From Nitrososphaeria archaeon (GTDB lineage Archaea > Thermoproteota > Nitrososphaeria > JACIWG01), in the NCBI GenBank assembly GCA_050011875.1, contig JBEKIG010000014.1, positions 1-64,000 on the forward strand: DNA of 64,000 bases, in the 5' to 3' direction. Below the pieces are notes generated by a model. That model searched no databases. It was not told the DNA's origin and saw only the letters and a list, made by a program, of their open reading frames with translations. The translations under genes were made by a program, and so were the position numbers. Of this stretch, positions 60,811 to 64,000 are shown piece after piece. Numbering within the stretch: the first letter of the stretch is position 1; every line of letters starts with the position of its first letter.

Positions 60811-61917
60811 TTAGTAGACCAGTTCTTCGGTCTTCCTGTCGAATAGATGCATTTTTGTCTCATCAAATGTTAGGAACAACTTTTGTCCGATAGTATATCT
60901 CATTCCAACTTCCTGTTTGACAACGGCTTTGAACATCTTGCTATCCATCTTTAAGTCAAGCACCATTTCATCACCTAAAGGCTCTCCGATGTATAGTTCT
61001 GTGGGCATATAGAATTCGGTAAAATTGTCAGGTTTTGTCGTCGTCACACCCATATCCCTTGGTCTTGAACCAAATATAACTTCTGTCACACCTTTGGCCT
61101 TGCATGCTTCTGCCGCAGCGTCTGGTATTCTGAATTTTAAACTGTCCCCTTCAAAATATGATCTTCCACCCTCTTCCATTATGCTGCCTTCGACGATGTT
61201 TGTCGGCGGACTTCCGACGAATCCTGCTACAAACGCGTTCTTAGGACTGTTAAAGATATTGTCGGGAGAACTGTATTGTTGAAGTAGACCCCTGTTCATG
61301 ATTGCGATACGGTCGCCCATAGTCATAGCTTCTGCCTGATCGTGGGTAACATACACAGTTGTTATCTTGAGCTCTTTCTGCAGACGCTTAAGTTCTGCTC
61401 TCATGTATAGCCTCAGCTTTGCGTCAAGGTTGCTTAAGGGTTCGTCCATCAACCAGACTTTAGGCTCCCTAACAATCGATCGTCCCAAGGCAACACGTTG
61501 AGCTTGACCACCACTGAGCTGTTTAGGCTTTCTTGCCAATAGTTCGCCTATCTGCAAGAGATCTGCAACCTGTTTCACTTTACTATCAATATCCGGCTTG
61601 CTCATCTTCCTAATTTTCAGCGGGAAAGCCATGTTATCATAAACAGTCATGTGAGGATAGAGAGCGTAGCTCTGGAAAACCATCGCGATATCCCTATCTT
61701 TTGGAGGTAGATCATTGACCATCCTATCTCCTATGTATATTTCTCCTGCATCAGGTGCTTCCAAACCAGCTATACAACGCAGTGTTGTAGTTTTACCACA
61801 GCCGCTTGGTCCTAAAAGAACAACGAATTCTTGATCTTCTATTTCCAAGTCCAACGCATCGACAGCCATGGTGGTACCAAACTTCTTTACTAGTTTCGTA
61901 ATTTTCACTTTAGACAT
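60811..61917 (-). CDS. sugar ABC transporter ATP-binding protein (MalK/UgpC-like)
   Basis: GPSGCGKT, LSGGQ, DEPLSNLDAKLR and VTHDQ; C-terminal TOBE-like region. Confidence 0.96.
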   Translation of the reverse strand: MSKVKITKLVKKFGTTMAVDALDLEIEDQEFVVLLGPSGCGKTTTLRCIAGLEAPDAGEIYIGDRMVNDLPPKDRDIAMVFQSYALYPHMTVYDNMAFPLKIRKMSKPDIDSKVKQVADLLQIGELLARKPKQLSGGQAQRVALGRSIVREPKVWLMDEPLSNLDAKLRLYMRAELKRLQKELKITTVYVTHDQAEAMTMGDRIAIMNRGLLQQYSSPDNIFNSPKNAFVAGFVGSPPTNIVEGSIMEEGGRSYFEGDSLKFRIPDAAAEACKAKGVTEVIFGSRPRDMGVTTTKPDNFTEFYMPTELYIGEPLGDEMVLDLKMDSKMFKAVVKQEVGMRYTIGQKLFLTFDETKMHLFDRKTEELVY

Positions 61918-62034
61918 GTTGTACCTGCCGAATGCTATTATGGTGTGCTAAATAAGGTTTACTATTAAAATAATAATTGTGTATAGTGTCCCAAAAGCAT
62001 TTGTTTAACTCCTTACAAAGTTCAAATAGGTGAC

Positions 62035-63228
62035 TTGAAGATGGAAAGTGATAGAGCGGCAACGCATTTGGCTCTTGATACTAGGGATAAGCTAGAAGCA
62101 GAATTTGGTAGAGATTATTTTATTCCTGATAAAGGTCGTCATGGAATATATACGGACACTCCTAAGAACATTAAGCTGGTTGAATACATCAAATCATTAA
62201 CACCTGAGAGCGTCGTAGATATAGGTTGCGCCTACGGATTCCTTGTAAAGCGACTTAACAGTGAAGGGATAAAAGCTGTGGGTGTTGACGTCTCTAAGTT
62301 CGCATATATGATGCGGGTTACAGATGACATTCAAGTCGCGTCCGTTCTAGACCTCAGCTGCTTTAAGGATAAGCAGTTTGACTTGGCTGTAACAGTTGAA
62401 CTGCTTGAGCATATACTTGAGAGGGACACTGACAGGGCGCTTTCTGAGATAGCTAGAGTCTCTAAGAGAGGTGTCCATTTCATAGATTACAAGGAAGTTG
62501 TTAATATATCAAGAAGAAAGGATGTAACGTACGTCAACATTAAACCTTACGAATGGTGGGTTACAAAAGTTAGAGATGTATGCGGGCTTGAGCATATAGT
62601 GGTTCACAAGGAAATTGACTGGTATCCTAATCCTGTAACAATACCTGTAACAGGACAGAAAGTAGGACTCAATGTGGGCTCATTTTTAAATATGTTATTA
62701 AATACTTCTACAACAAGGTGGATAAATTTAGATATACTTCCGCTTGAGCAGTACGCTCGAAACTTTGGATACAACTTTATGAGGGTTGACGCAAGAATTC
62801 TACCTTTTCCTAACCAGAATATAGACTATCTTGTTGCGAGCCACTTCTTGGAACACCTTGATAAAAACGAGGCTCAGAACTTCCTCAAAGAATGTCATAG
62901 AGTGCTAAAGAAAGACGCGGTTATGAGAATAGCTGTGCCTGACGCTAAACTTTTGATGGAGCTCTATTTTAAGAAAAAGCTATCCTACTTCGACGATATC
63001 CTGTGGGGGGGAGAAGCAACTGAGATTGATAAACTGAACGCTCTACTATTATCAGACCACAAGTACATGTATGACGAGGATTCCTTATCCATTTTACTTG
63101 AAAGAAGTGGATTCAAGGCTATTCCTGCTGGCTTTAACAGGTCAACCAGAATGGACCTAATGAGTCAAATGTTCGATTATTATCCAGACCAGTCTCTTTA
63201 TATGGACGCTATTCCGCTCTACGATTAA
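62035..63228 (+). CDS. protein with two class I SAM-dependent methyltransferase domains
   Basis: VVDIGCAYG...ELLEHI, then LNVGS...SHFLEHL...RVLK...IAVPD. Confidence 0.85.
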   Translation: MKMESDRAATHLALDTRDKLEAEFGRDYFIPDKGRHGIYTDTPKNIKLVEYIKSLTPESVVDIGCAYGFLVKRLNSEGIKAVGVDVSKFAYMMRVTDDIQVASVLDLSCFKDKQFDLAVTVELLEHILERDTDRALSEIARVSKRGVHFIDYKEVVNISRRKDVTYVNIKPYEWWVTKVRDVCGLEHIVVHKEIDWYPNPVTIPVTGQKVGLNVGSFLNMLLNTSTTRWINLDILPLEQYARNFGYNFMRVDARILPFPNQNIDYLVASHFLEHLDKNEAQNFLKECHRVLKKDAVMRIAVPDAKLLMELYFKKKLSYFDDILWGGEATEIDKLNALLLSDHKYMYDEDSLSILLERSGFKAIPAGFNRSTRMDLMSQMFDYYPDQSLYMDAIPLYD

Positions 63229-63314
63229 GGTTAGATGCGGCTTCGCTTGATCTTGGGACACTTAATGAACTTGCACCATAATATTTTTATGCATTCGAAG
63301 AACTTCACAGTACT

Positions 63315-63656
63315 ATGGCCAATGCGAACAGGAAAAAATTTCTACTTGTCAGTGGATATTCTAACGTAAATGGTTGGACGAGCAAGATTATGTTAATAAA
63401 TAAAGTGCACACACAAAATCAGGTTTTCATCAAATTTTATGCCGATACCGATGGAAAGCAGTTAATCATGAGATATAATGTTACACTTGAACCTACGGAA
63501 ATTAGAACGATCGAATTGAACTTCGATGAATTGAAAGATCACGTTGGAAAGATGGTGTTGAGGAGTGATGGCATGTTAGAGGGTCAAGCTATTTCATTTA
63601 AGGGCGACGCGAGATTCGACTTGAAACTTCTTAACCCCGATGTCAAATGCTGCTGA
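63315..63656 (+). CDS. hypothetical beta-rich protein
   Basis: 113-aa ORF with ATG start and an upstream TATA-like tract; ends in KCC. Confidence 0.65.
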   Translation: MANANRKKFLLVSGYSNVNGWTSKIMLINKVHTQNQVFIKFYADTDGKQLIMRYNVTLEPTEIRTIELNFDELKDHVGKMVLRSDGMLEGQAISFKGDARFDLKLLNPDVKCC

Positions 63657-63704
63657 AAAAGTCTCGAGATTAAATGTTATCTTCCAAAGAATATGGAAAA
63701 TCTT

Positions 63705-64000
63705 CTAACCTTTTACAGAACCCATCGTCAGACCGGAGACTAGGTACTTCTGCAAAAGTAGGCAAATAATTATTGGTGGCAAAACAGACATCAATACCTG
63801 TGCTGGGTTAAAACCTTCATATAGACGAATTGATATTGTTATAACCTTCTGTTCTGTTAAAACGAAAGCGAGTAGAAACTCGTTCCATGAAAAAGTGAAG
63901 GTCAGCAGGAAGGCCGCGAACAAGGCAGGGGTTACAAGCGGTAGCGTTATATCGACCATCATCCTTATCGTTGAAGCCCCATCTATCATAGCCGATTCTT
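63705..64000 (-). CDS. carbohydrate ABC transporter permease (MalG-like), 3' part only
   Basis: ESAMIDGAS (EAA loop), FSWNEF and QKYLVSGLTMGSVKG; runs off the window edge. Confidence 0.93.
   Translation of the reverse strand, partial: ESAMIDGASTIRMMVDITLPLVTPALFAAFLLTFTFSWNEFLLAFVLTEQKVITISIRLYEGFNPAQVLMSVLPPIIICLLLQKYLVSGLTMGSVKG

Noticed and set aside
63645-63700. TGC-TGC-TGA as a selenocysteine read-through
   Set aside because: Read-through would run into the convergent permease, and no SECIS-like hairpin was recognised
1-64000. Many short ORFs antisense to or overlapping well-supported genes (e.g. 3488-3793, 6686-7177, 22814-23215, 39686-40129, 57486-57923)
   Set aside because: Shadow ORFs of real genes with no recognisable motifs
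1-64000. tRNA, rRNA, CRISPR array, transposase or integrase
   Set aside because: No cloverleaf/T-loop signature, repeat-spacer periodicity or recombinase motifs seen by eye; tRNAscan-SE and a CRISPR finder would be decisive

Overview
Archaeal chromosomal window, AT-rich and gene-dense. The crenarchaeal-type single-OB SSB, Thermococcales-type HypA plus ATPase-type HypB, LipS1/LipS2, a WOR5-like tungsten oxidoreductase and several URO-D/MtaA-like paralogues suggest an anaerobic TACK-type archaeon such as Bathyarchaeia (inference). Most of the window is metabolic or housekeeping: acs, copA, lipoate ligase, MacB-type ABC exporter, dapA, gcvT, queC, ino1, core MetE and sugar ABC parts. I found no rRNA, tRNA, CRISPR array or transposase. 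The most unusual items are: (1) an accessory left end (1-3400) with a HEPN-motif gene, gene remnants and a 234-bp non-coding element whose motifs share one exact dyad axis; (2) a three-gene operon ending in a PIN nuclease with a zinc-finger insertion, with palindromes over its promoter; (3) a head-to-head pair of DUF72 paralogues, one with a SWIM-like and one with a DUF2795-like C-terminal domain; (4) an enolase homologue lacking the general-acid Glu and two conserved His; (5) a GTTAA array at 12-bp period bounded by inverted repeats, after the GC-rich WOR5-like cassette. All family calls come from reading motifs by eye, not from database searches.
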